Shown here: piece after piece, positions 33,631-45,061 of the stretch
How the letters are laid out: every line of letters begins with the position of its first letter
Position numbering within the stretch: the first letter of the stretch is position 1
Assembly (NCBI RefSeq): GCF_009914755.1
Contig: NC_060932.1
DNA length: 64,000 nucleotides
Reading direction: 5' to 3' (one strand)
DNA from: the human T2T-CHM13v2.0 reference genome, Homo sapiens
Position numbers and translations under genes: made by a program
Notes under the pieces: model-generated
What the model was told of the DNA's origin: nothing
Seen by the model: only the letters and a program-made list of their open reading frames with translations
Databases searched by the model: none

Positions 33631-36600
33631 TTGTCAGGGAGTGCCATGTTAGCATGAGACACACATGTAACTTCTAAATTTATCCTTTGCATTTAAAAAT
33701 AGTACAGCCTGATAGAAGGATCTGTGTGATCCCAGCACAGATTCTAGTTAAGAAAAGGAAATCGGAGAGAATATTCAACATAAAGTAACACATGTGAAAC
33801 CCTTCTTGGGGTGGACAATCACTGACTCCCAAAGGTGTGTTTGGCGTTCCTTCTGGAAGGTTCTATTACACACCATGGATGAAAGATGCCTTTCCCTTGT
33901 TCCTAGAGCAACTGATCTGGGCACAAATCCTTGAAACCCAATGTAGTCAGAGCAGTGATGGGGGCTGAGGGGGACACAGCGCCCAGGGAGCTGGGAGGAG
34001 GAAAAGCTGTTTCTGTTCAGGGGCTGTGAAGATTAACCCAGGTTGTTGTGGTAAACAAGGAGAGGTGGGCATTCCTGCAGGAGAGGCCGGTGTGTGCAAA
34101 GGCCTGTGGTGGTGATGGATTGGAAGTTATGATGACACCTTCCAGGAGAGAAGACAGGCTGGACTTGGAGATTACTCCCATTCTGCAGGTGGGTAGACTG
34201 AGCCAGGAGCAGGAAAGCAGTTATTTATTGAGTGCTCCCACCCTCAAGGCGTGGTGCAAGATCATATGCTCTGAGGCAGCTGAGCAACCTTTCTTCATGA
34301 GATGAGCAAACTGCAGTTCAGAAAGGTTGGGTGATGCACCCAGGGCCCAGTTGGTCAGGAAGGGGCTGGACTTGATCCCAGGTCTCCCAGCTTTTGGTCT
34401 AGAGCTCTGTTCATAAAGGATAGGGGGTGCAAATAGGAGCAGAGGAGGATAATGGGGTTTGTGTTTCTGGGTGAGAGGGTCCCTGACTCCCACCTCGCTC
34501 TTGACCTTCCATGGCGAGGCCAAACTCTGGCCCACTGAGTCCAGCTGCCCCCTCAAGAGTTTGCGTGGCCAGGTTAATGGTCCCCAGGAGCTGCAGCTGA
34601 GGGGCCAGTGGTGCACAGTTAGGGCTTTCCAGGCCTTGCCTGGCAGGCAGCCCCAGCATCTCCTGACAACAGTGTGGCCTGCCTGGAGTGTGACCCCAAT
34701 CTGGGCAGTCCCTCTGGCCTCAATGTCCTTTGCAAAGACAGCTGCTTCAGCCCCCTCGCTAGGCCCCTGCCTCAGGCCTCACCTTTCCCCCATCACAATC
34801 AGATGCTGCTTCTCAAACCTCCACCCTGATGCCGTCTCTCCCTGCTCTAAAACCTTCAATGGCTCCCTATCACCAGCCCTGTACCATCTAAAGGCATGTG
34901 GGTTCACGGCCTCATGAGACTTCCAGCTGCTCTCACTGGCTGACTGACTCTCTTCCCCTTGCCCTTTCCTGCCCCCGATCTGAGGCCCATGAGCTCATCT
35001 CACTCAGCCCATGCTCTGCAGTGTTTTTCTCTGTTCTCTGGAAATCATATCAGGGTCCTCTTCTCCTTGGAGTCACCCACAGCTCCCTGTGCCCTCATCC
35101 TCAGACTGGACTTGGAGGGCCTTGGATGACAGGCTGGGCAGGGCCTCTGCCTTATCCCCCATCAGGCCTTGCCCCTCCCTGAAGTCCCCCCTCAGGTTTC
35201 CCAGACTTTGCTCTGTGAGGGTGGGGAAGGAGGGGGGCACGTGTATTTGGGAACCACAACCTCTCCCATGCCGCTCTTGGGGAGTCACTGCTACCAGCCT
35301 GGTACAGGCTCTGTGAAGTCTGTTGAACTCAGTTTGTCCCAAACCTCTAATCCCAGAGCCTGGCTGCCCTGCTCCAGCCATGCTGGGTGACTTGCGGTTG
35401 CTGTCCCCCGCCCCAGCCCTTCCCTGCCTTGTTTCTGGGATTGCCCTTTCTCTCCCCTTCTTCCCCATGGTTGCCTGGGAAGCCCTGGGCCCACCTCTTT
35501 GGCCCCCAGAGATCTCTTTGAAGCTGAATCAGCTCACAAACAAAGATTCTTACCTGTTCCTAGTAGAGACACAGGCATCCCTGCTGGCCTCAGGCGCAGG
35601 ATATACTGGGCCCTTGAAGGCGGGTGAAGGAATCTTCTGGCTTGGGGTGGCCTGTGGTGTACTTAGCAGCCTTGTGGTCTGAGCTAGGGGGTTGTCTCTG
35701 AGGGAGCATGAGGTTCCTTCAGCTCTGGCTCTGTCAGTGGCATTCTGGGTGCTGTAGAGTGGTCAGTTCTCAATCTGTTTGTCACTGTGTTTGTTCTCAG
35801 CAGTGGGACAAGAACCATAGAGAACCTCCAAGAGCATTGGAGCCTGGGGCCTGGGTTCAAGCCCCGTTCCAGTCACCACTGTGCAACCTCAGACAAGTTG
35901 CCTAACCTCTCTGAGCTTCAGTCCTCCCATCTATAAGTGGAAGGATTTGTATGTTTGTTGTGAGTTTACAATTAGTTCACAAACATAAAATGCCTAATAC
36001 ACAAAAGCTCCTGGCATTTAGTTGGCTGTGCTGAGGGGATATCTGGGGTCCTCTTTCCAAGCTTGCCATGGCCCCAGGTGCCAAGGTCAGGCCTGGTGAT
36101 TGCGTGATTCTGTCCCAGAAAAGCTGTGGTCATAGCCTCTCCTTTGGGGATTTGAAGATGAATGTGACCTCTCTGTCCTTTTGCAGAAGAATAAGGCTTT
36201 CTAAGAAGATCAGATGATGAGGCTCTGATGCCCTCTCACTGATAACGACCTGTCACGGAGATGCAGGCCGCACTCCACAGCAGACGCTGCCCCCGGAGGG
36301 ACGAAAGCCCCGCCTGGTCAGCGGTCCTGCTTTCAAGCTCGTCCTTTTCGACCATGTAAAGAGGGTCAGGCCCTGTGATGTGAGGTCCAGCGATCCTGGG
36401 GACAGCTGCTACCAGGCCCTGATTCTAGAATTCCTGAGAGCAGTTGTGGAGGCCGCCGCCTCTTGCTGTGGGGCAGGAAGGGACAGACACTGGGGCCGGT
36501 TTTAAACTTAGTTGAAAAGAGAGACGCTCTGTCTATCAGCACCATGGACAGCACCAAAGGATGAGGGCATTTGTGATGGAAGGGGAGCCCTGAGGGGCGG

Positions 36601-39239
36601 GGCTGGGCGTGAAGGCAGCTCAGGGGTGTGAAGACCAGCTTCCTGCTGGAAGACCACAGGGAGGTTTGAGATGGACAGAGCACCTCACTGCCCATCACAG
36701 GCCACAGGGCTCCCCGAAGCACAACTATGCTGGTGGCCAGGGGGCCAGAGTGCAGGCAAAGCAGGAAAGTGGGTGGGGTGCCCCGGCTCAAGGGCCTGAG
36801 AGGGCATCGTCTGTGTGGGGAGAAATAGAAGGGAAACCCCCCCTTGGCCAAGACCTGTGCCATCTTCCAGGTGGCAACCCCCGGGGACTCCTTGGAGAGG
36901 GATTTCTTGACCCTGCCCTGCACACCGATGGCTCCAGCCTCAAGCTCGCCTGTGCCTCTCAGTGCTTCTGTCCAGCTGTCATGGGAGCCCCAGGAGGTGC
37001 TCAGGATGCACGGGGGCAGCTGGGAAGATGGGGGCCCCATGCCCCAGGAGCAAAGCTCCACCCGTGAGGACAGACAATGCCAGCCTCCACATCTCCAGCA
37101 CGACACTCCTGAGAGGTGTTCAGCTCCCTGTCACGGCCTCCAAGAGGGATGCTGAGTCTTCTGTACCCCAGGTCACTTCCTCTCCTGAACTAGGTCAGCC
37201 TCTTACAGCAGGGATGTGGGTCAGATTGACCTGAGCTTATAGGCTGGGCGTGAAGTGCCCCTGCCGGAGGAATCAGGGCCTGCCTTAGCCTCTCTCAGCT
37301 TCAAGGCCTGAATTCATAGCCTGACTCCCTGGGCTGAATGTGGGTAGAAACAAGGCTTAGTGGGAGCAGTGCCGAGAGTGGGGCCAGGCACGCGCTGACC
37401 ACAGCAGTGTTTGTTCAGCATTCGCCATGTGCTCAGCGTGGTGCTGGGGGAGTTTGTTATGCACGGAGCCCTCGCTGGTTTCTCCTAAGAAGCCCACCGT
37501 GTAGCTGATTCCCCCACCTCCTGGCTGTGTGACTTGCAGCAAGGTACGCTCTGAACCATGGCTTTCTCCTCTAGGAATCCGGCACTAACGCTTCCCCCTA
37601 AATGAGATTGCACCTCTTTGAGAAAGTGCCTTGCACCTGCCTGCTTATCAAAGTCCTCAGGAATGGTTGGTTGGAGGTGGCAGTCCGAGGCTGGACTTGG
37701 CCAGGGGGGACCCTGCCTTGTCTTTCTCCTTCTGGCCATAGTCCTGCTGCCCTTGCAGCCTGGTCAGTACTGGAGATTGGCTACCTGGACAGGCTGGTCT
37801 CCAGACAGACCTGTCTCAGAGGGGAGGCCTGTTTAGGTAGATGACTCGGCCATGCTAGGCTCAAATGGGACCCATGGGGAGATGGAGAGAAGTACGGCCT
37901 GCCTGCTTCATGGCAGTGTGTGGTTGCAGTGGGCATCAAACACGCAGGATGTTTATGTGCCCTAATAAAGCGGCAGCTGTAATTTTCTCTGTTTCTTGGC
38001 AGAACCTTGGGGATCAGCCTGCCCTCTGAGTCACCTCTGGAAGGAATGATTCTCCTAGCATTCCTCCTTGGAGATCCAGGAAGCCCAAGCAGCTGGGAAG
38101 CCTGGCTGAGTCATGGTGCTTGCAGGTTCAGTATGCGGGAGGGGCTGGGGAGGCCATGAGGAAATGGACAGAATGCTGATTCAAGAAGGGACCAGTGGGA
38201 GTGGACGAGGCAGCGTATAGAGGACCGCGGGGAGAATGTGGCTTGCTCAGTGAGGCCAGGGCTGCACTTTGAGAGGGGATGGCAAACTCCTCTCCTGGCT
38301 GCACTGTGGCCACGGGCTGGCCCCCTCCTTGAGAAAGGGGCCTAGTGCTCCCTGCCCTGCTACCAAGCACGGGGTGAGGCCTGGGATGTCAAAGCACTTT
38401 ATCTGCAGCCTGCGGCCCCCATGACCAAGGCCGCTTTGTGCTGAGTCCATCGGTGCAGCACCCCGCCGGGCTGCTGTTTCTGACCCAACAGACCTGTCTC
38501 ATGTCGTCTAGGTCCTGGTTGGGGGTTCTGGGGACCCCTCACACTCCTGGGGCTCTGGGAGTCTTGTGGGTGTGTGGAGTCTGGGGGTCTCAGGGTTGGA
38601 CACAGTTGAGCAGGGGCCTCTGCGGCAGGACTTTGACAAGCTTGTGCCTGTGGTGACTCTCTAAGAGCAGAGGCTGTAGGAGGCAGCATTTCCTGAGATC
38701 TTTTGGACCTAGAGTCTTTCTTCCGTAGCATCTCCTGGGATTTTGTGTTTTGCGAGACAGGGCTTTTGGGATTGCCGTCTTGGGAACGTGGTGCTGCTCA
38801 TCCATCCATCTGGTGAAGCAGTAAAAGACTCACATTCCCTGTCCTGCACTGACAGCCGCATTGCCCCCACCATGGGATCAGGAGAGCCTTGGAAGAGATG
38901 GCAGGGGTAGGCTGGGGTGAGGAGGCCTCAACCCTAAGCAGAGCCACCTGAAACACTCAGGCAGAACAAAGGTGAGGAGTGGGGGAGGGCTTCAGGGACA
39001 GTGGCCTTGGGACACTCCAGGTGGAGTGGTCTGGAGTCTGCTGGCCTGGTGGGGTGTAGGGAAGAGTGGAGAAGTATTAGGGGGAGAAGCCCCTCCCCTG
39101 GATCCAGGTGCTGGCCTGGCTGTGGTTGCTGGGTCAGGGCCCCCAGAAAGAATACAGTTCCCACAAGGAAGAGGGGAGGGCCTCTGGATCCCCCCAGCAC
39201 CCATCACAGGCCAGCCTGTGAGTGCCTTGCCCTGGAGCT

Positions 39240-39314
39240 CCACCTGCATCCTGTCCTGCAGGTGCCAGCTGCACCCCATCCTGCAGGAGCCACCTGCACC
39301 CCATCCTGCAGGAG
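39240..39314. repeat. 25-bp tandem repeat, 3 copies
   Basis: Unit cacctgcaccccatcctgcaggagc. Confidence 0.8.
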
Positions 39315-40219
39315 GCTGAGGCTGCAGAGGCTGAGCAACTTCTCAGGGCTATGCAGGAAGCTCAGGGGTCCCCCAGCCTAGCCTCCTGGACAGACTCGCC
39401 CCCAGTAGGCCTGACCCCTTCAGCTTCCAGCTCTCACTAGCTATGTTTCCAGATTCCTTGAAATTCTCTCCTTGCGTGAGGCTGGCTTTTTCAGCCCATT
39501 CTATCTGTGCATTTCTAGTTGGGAGAGAAGCCTCTTCAAGTTCATGGGGGTGGGCTGTGTGCTGATGAGAAAGTGATGCTGGGGCCACACCACTGCTGAG
39601 GACCCTCCGGTGAGTCTGGTGGTGACCTTGGGCCAGGTGTGCTCCTTCTCATCTGTAAGGAGGATATTTGAGCTCAGTGGGTGATGAATGATTTGAGCTG
39701 GAAAATCCAAGACCTTGGCATGGGGGAAGTTGTGGAGGGAGAGGTGACATGGGGTGGCTGGGGCTACTCTGGGCCCATAAAGGCCTGCCTGATCCCTCGG
39801 CAGCTGGATGTTTACTGACACCACCTGCTGTATGTGGCCTAGGTAGGGGCAAGGGTGGTAACCTAGAAGCACAATCAGGCCCTTCCCCGGCCCTGCGGGG
39901 GTCAGGGGGCTGGGCTTTGGGGAAAGGTGTAGTTCAGCCAGAAAGCTGTTTCCTCAGTATGCTGTGGTCCGAATTAGAAACCTCCTGGGTGGTCCTGGTC
40001 ATAAACACCGCACTGTTGGTGACACGCTGATGGCTGCACAGGGTGCACAGGAGGGCACAGGGTGCACAGGAGGCCCTACTTGCACCAAGGGCTTCAGGAC
40101 CTGGGGACAAGGTAGAGGCAAGAGACTGGAGCTTTCTGATTGAGTTCCTACTGTCCACTGTGCCCTGGCCAGGACCTGGACAGTGGACCTGGTCTCCTTG
40201 AACTCTCATGCTTGAGGAG

Positions 40220-40592
40220 TGTCTTAGTCTGTTCTCACACTGCTATGAAAAATACTCGAGACTGGGTAACTTATAAAGGAAAGAGGTTTAATTGACTCAC
40301 AGTGCAGCATGGCTGGGGAGGCCTCAGAAAACTTACAATCATGGCCGAAGGGGAAGCAAACACGTCCTCCTTCAAGTGGTGGCAGGAGAGAGAAGTGCCG
40401 AGTAAAAGGGGGAAAGCCCCTTACAAAACCATCAGATTTGCGAGAACTCACTCACCATCGCAAGAACAGCACGAGGGTAACCGCCCCCATGATCCAATTA
40501 CCTCCCACTGGGTCCCTCCCACGACATGTGGGGATTATAGGAACTACAATTGAAGATGAGATTTGGGTGGGGAACACAGACAAATCATATCG
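40220..40592 (-). mobile_element. THE1D/MSTA-like solo LTR
   Basis: tgtcttagtctgttctcacactgctatg...gaaagaggtttaattgactcacag...gatgagatttgggtgggga. Confidence 0.92.
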
Positions 40593-41588
40593 GGGGCAGG
40601 GAGCTGGGTGGGTGACACCTGGGGGTCATGTCTCAGGTCAAGGACTGAGGGTCCCAGGGGCTCCCCAGTGGGGTGGGGGTGCCCCTGAGACCCAGGGCTC
40701 ACAGTCGTGGCAGGAATACCCAGCACAGCCCCCCTCCCCAACCCTATTGGCTTTTGTGGGGGAGTGTGGGCAGCCAGCCTGTCCCCAGCTCCCATGGCAC
40801 CTACCCTGGTTGTCTACACTGGCGGCCCCATGCAGCTCCCAGCAGAGCAGCCTTGGCTCTCCAGGGTGAGGGCTGGACAGTGGCAGTGGGATCCTGTTCA
40901 CTGGGACGCTTGCCCCAAACACTAGAGACCGGCAGTTCTCACGTTCCATACCCCATGGGCTTCCTCCACCCAAGCCCAGTAGTCTATGGCCAAGTCTGCT
41001 TTCCAGTGGGGTGGGGGTGGATTGGCAGGGCCAAGCCTATGGTCAGCTCTGCTCTTAGCTGTGGTTTGGAGCAGGTGTCATTACCCAGCTGGTGGCAGGT
41101 GAAGAAATGGAGGCTCCTGAGTAGACAGCAGCCCTAGATCTGCAGGAAGCACAAAGGGGCCCTGGATCTGCCATCATCCAGTCCGCGGCCACCTCTCCTT
41201 CCACTATCCTTTCCCACACTTCCCTCCACGCCCCATGCCCCATGTTCCAGTTTCTTCCTGGGCTGCCTCCTGGAGCCCACGCTCTGCTCTGTCTCTGCCT
41301 TCCCATCCATTGTCCACCCGGTGACCCAAAGGAGCCAGGCTTGGGCTGCCTGAACCAGAAGCCCCTCCCCAGGGATGTCCTTAGACACTTTCAGCCCTGC
41401 TATTGGGACCACATGGCAGAGGGGGCAGAGTGGCCCAGCCCCAGTCAAGAAGAGCTGCCTGGATGATGAGGGGGTGTCTCCTGGAACCAGATGGAGGATG
41501 CTGCTCAGCCTCAGCGAGGTGACAGCGGAGGAGCTGGGGAAGCGGCCCTCCTGCGCCCACCAGCCATGCTCAACTCTCAGCTCCCCAC

Positions 41589-41860
41589 TGTCAGGGACTG
41601 AAAGTAGCCCCCCAAGAGATGTTCACACTCTGATCACTGGAACCTGTGCACGGGGTGCTATTTGGAAAACTGTTGTTTGCCGATGTGTTTAATTGGAGGA
41701 TTTTGGGAGGAGAAACATACCTTGTAAAGGGTCCTTGTTAGAGGGAGGGAAGGGCAGTTAAGATGGTGGATGGGGTTGTGTGACCGGGAGCTGAGATTAG
41801 AGTGCTGTGGACATGCACCAGAGATGCCTGGAGCCCCGGAGCCGGCAGACGCAAGGAAGT
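41589..41860 (+). mobile_element. MLT1D-like LTR, 5' part
   Basis: cccccaagagatgttcacactctgatcactggaacctgtg...tatttggaaaa...gctgagattagagtg. Confidence 0.6.
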
Positions 41861-42788
41861 TTGAAACACTTGGCTCTCCGGTTTTCTTCCTTGGTGTCTG
41901 CCTTGCCCACAGGGATTGGTGCTCCCCTGGGAAACGGGCAGGGTCTGATCCCCTGGCCCCCGCACCCAGCTCTGAGTGGACTTCCCATGACTATTTGTCA
42001 AAAGCTTGAGGGAGGGTCCCGGAGGCACAGCCCACCTTCCTGGGAAACCTCTGGGTACCTGGCTGCGGTGGTCTCATTGCTGGGCCTGTCTCAGTGCTAG
42101 GGTGAGCCTGAGTCCTCGGTGGGGGGCAGTGAGGAAGAGCAGTGTGCAGAAGGGGGCTCTGAGGCTGCTCGGGCCCCACCTGCAGATGCCAGAGCTTTTC
42201 CTCAAACATCTTCCAGGTGCGACCTTCACACCTTCTCCAGGGAACAGTCAGTGGGGGTATTTTGAATCACTCTGGGAGGCCATGACTTACTCTGTCTGCC
42301 GATGCACCGCCCTCTTGGCTGTACTTTTATGACTGCCAGGGACACTTCGGTGATGAGTGGCCTGCACGGGGCCTGAGAGCAATGCAGCTGTGTGCAGGGC
42401 GGGGTGGCGGGGGGGACGGGGAGGGCGGAGGAGCCATTGGAGTGATTATGATGGAGCTGGCACTGGTCATAAACTTTAATCAACTTAAAACCCGCTTTTG
42501 GTATTAAACTTTAGCAACCATTTAATACCCCTGGACAGGCCGAGTGTGGGAGCAGATGTCTGTCAGAGCCACCTTCCAGGATGTGCCAGGCCTGAGGCTG
42601 GTCCAGGTGCCCGAGGACAGCACTGTCTCCCATAGGCGTGCTGGGGTCTGGGCTTGGCTGGCAGGAGACAACCTGAGCTATGGCCTGAACAGGATGGGGG
42701 AGCTGGTTCTGGAGCTCCCACTGGCCTGTATGGCCTTGAGCAAGGCTGGTGAGATGTTCTGGTCCTCAGGGCCCCCAGGAGGTGATTC

Positions 42789-43279
42789 TGAGGTAGGAGA
42801 ATAGGATCTGCATGCAGGGAACCTAAGGCTGATTCACACTCACTGGATATCAGAGGTTGCTCTTTTTCCTGCACAGCGGCTGAAAAATGAAAGTACCTCT
42901 GATTGGTCCCCTCTTGCAACCAATCAGGCTGGTCACAGGCCTATGCTTCACTCTGATTGGTCCCCTCCCACAACCAATCAGACTGATTGCAGGGCTACTC
43001 TTCATCCTGATTGGTCCCCTCCTGCAACCAATCAGACTGGTTGTGAGCCACTACTTCATTTGAGTGAACCAATGAGAAAAGTCTAGAGGGTATTTAAACC
43101 CCAGAAAATTTTGTAACTGATGGCCGTGGAGCTGCTTGCTTGAGTGTCCTGCCACCCTGTGGAGTGTACTTTCATTTAAAATAAATCTTTACTTTTGCTG
43201 CCTTGCTTTATTTGTGCATTTTATCTAATTCTTTGTTCAAAACGCCAAGAACCTGGACAACTACCCTCAACTGGTAACA
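42789..43279 (+). mobile_element. MER51-like ERV1 solo LTR with 4-bp TSD
   Basis: tgaggtaggagaataggatctg...gggaacctaaggc...ctggtaaca; TSD attc on both sides; CCAAT repeats, TATA-like tatttaaa and aataaa are retained. Confidence 0.88.
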
Positions 43280-44975
43280 ATTCCAGAGGCAGGCAGCAGA
43301 GCCGGCAGCCCCCGGGGAGGATGGCCGCAGAGTGACTCCACCTCACATGCTCCTCAGTGACTCCTGCCAGCCTCAGCTGGACCTGGGATTGGAGTCTGCT
43401 CGCCTTCACAGATGGGGAAATTGAGGCTCCTAGAGGGTACAAAGTGGTCACAAGTCACACAACCAGGAGCAACAGATTTGGGGCACTCAGTGGACCCTGG
43501 ATTGGACACACTGCAGATTGTCCCCAGAGGGTTCACAGCTCGGGGGAGGGAGCATGGTCCTGTCTGGGCAGAGCAGGGAGCTCCTTCCAGAGAGACAGGA
43601 AGCAGCACAAGAGTCGGCTGCTTGTGTCCTCCACTGTGCACTCAGGAGCCCTCTGAGCTGGGGGCTTCTGGAGACAACCCCCAGGCTCCTCATACCCAGG
43701 CAGCTGCGGTGAGTCCTTGGGTCACTTGATGTGTCCAGTCCTGAGCCCCCGCTCAGTCCCCTGCCCATCTCCGCAGCTCTGTCTGTGGTGACCTGGGAGG
43801 CCCACGGGGCAGTTTCAAACTCCTGGTGCTGATCAGGCCAGGGAGGAAGCTAAAGAGGCCCCAATGGGCTCCAGTCCTTCCTTCATTCATGTAACAAGCA
43901 TTTATTAGGCCATTCCTGTGTGCTAGGACCCATGACAGGTGATGAGCAGGGAACATGCCTTGGCCTGCAGGGGGAGAGGAGCTTCCGTAGGCAGTTCCAG
44001 GCAGGAGTGGGACGTCTTATGGTGGGGGAAGCCCAGGAGCTCATGGAGGACAGAGTATGCTTCCCTTTGCAGGTGAGCGTTGAGTTGGGTATTGAGGGAT
44101 GAGTAAGAGTTTGTCAGGAAGAGAAGGGGAGGAGAGGACTCTTCAATGCACAGTGAACAGACTATGCATTAGCAGAAAGGCATACAGCAGCTCCACAAGG
44201 CTTCAAATAACCCAGAGGAGGCACTGAAGAGGAGCAGATGTGTTGAGAGAGTCTGGAGGAGAAGAGATGCCGTCCACGGGTGACGGGTGGAAATCTGCAT
44301 TAGGGAAGGCTTCCTGGAGGAGGTGGCTCTGCAGTGAGACCCTGAAGCACTGAGGGGACTAGAGGTGGACATTCCAGCTGAGGGAACAGCCTGGCCTTTC
44401 CCACCTGCCTTGGCTTTTTCTTTTCTGTGCAGCCACCATGGGTTCTCACCTTTATCTTTACAGCAAAGCAGAAAGTGGCCCTGGTGTGGCTGCACTTGAA
44501 GCACCTGCAGCCTGTCTGACGTCTCCTGAACTCACAGACGTCCTGCTGCAGAGACAGGCCATCCCCAGCCTGAGATGCTAAGACCCTGTGGCTCAGCCCT
44601 GTGGGGTCCAGTCTGGGCACAGACCATGGGAGGGGGCTGTCCCTCAGAGGGGTGCAGGGCCCACAGGCAGACATTTGATTGAATAGCAGTTGTGTTTCTA
44701 GGGCACTGGCCGAGCCGCAGGCTCTGGGTAATCTGTTGTCCTAGTTATCCCTGATCCTGGGCCATGGGGGTATCCTTGCAGCTGCATTTCTCGAGTGACG
44801 TGGAGGCTCGTTGAGATCCAGTGACTTGCTGAAGGTGCCAGTCAGCCCCACCACCACCATGGCGGTGGTAGGACATGAACCCACGTCTCAGGTGGCAAAT
44901 GCCACATTGTCTTCAGGGCAGGTGCTGAAGTCCTTCGCTTCTGAGTGGGGCTGGCATTTACACTGTGAGCTCTTT

Positions 44976-45061
44976 GTTTGTTTGTTTGTCTGTTTTGTGA
45001 GACGGAGTCTGTCTCTGTCACCCAGACTGCTGGAGTGCAATGGCACGATCTTGGCTCACTG
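44976..45061 (-). mobile_element. Severely 5'-truncated Alu (3' ~60 nt plus tail) with TSD
   Basis: (gttt)n tail, gagacggagtctgtctctgtcaccca...ttggctcactg; TSD tgagctcttt 44966-44975 and tgagttcttt 45060-45069. Confidence 0.85.

Noticed and set aside
36170-36370. Possible exon or C/D-box RNA (polypyrimidine-CAG acceptor, ATGATGA...CTGA)
   Set aside because: No convincing terminal stem or donor and no coding signal; cannot be supported without transcript data.
39222-39440. Coiled-coil-looking peptide LQEAEAAEAEQLLRAMQEAQ
   Set aside because: Short, partly derived from the 25-bp repeat, with no recognisable homolog or exon boundaries.
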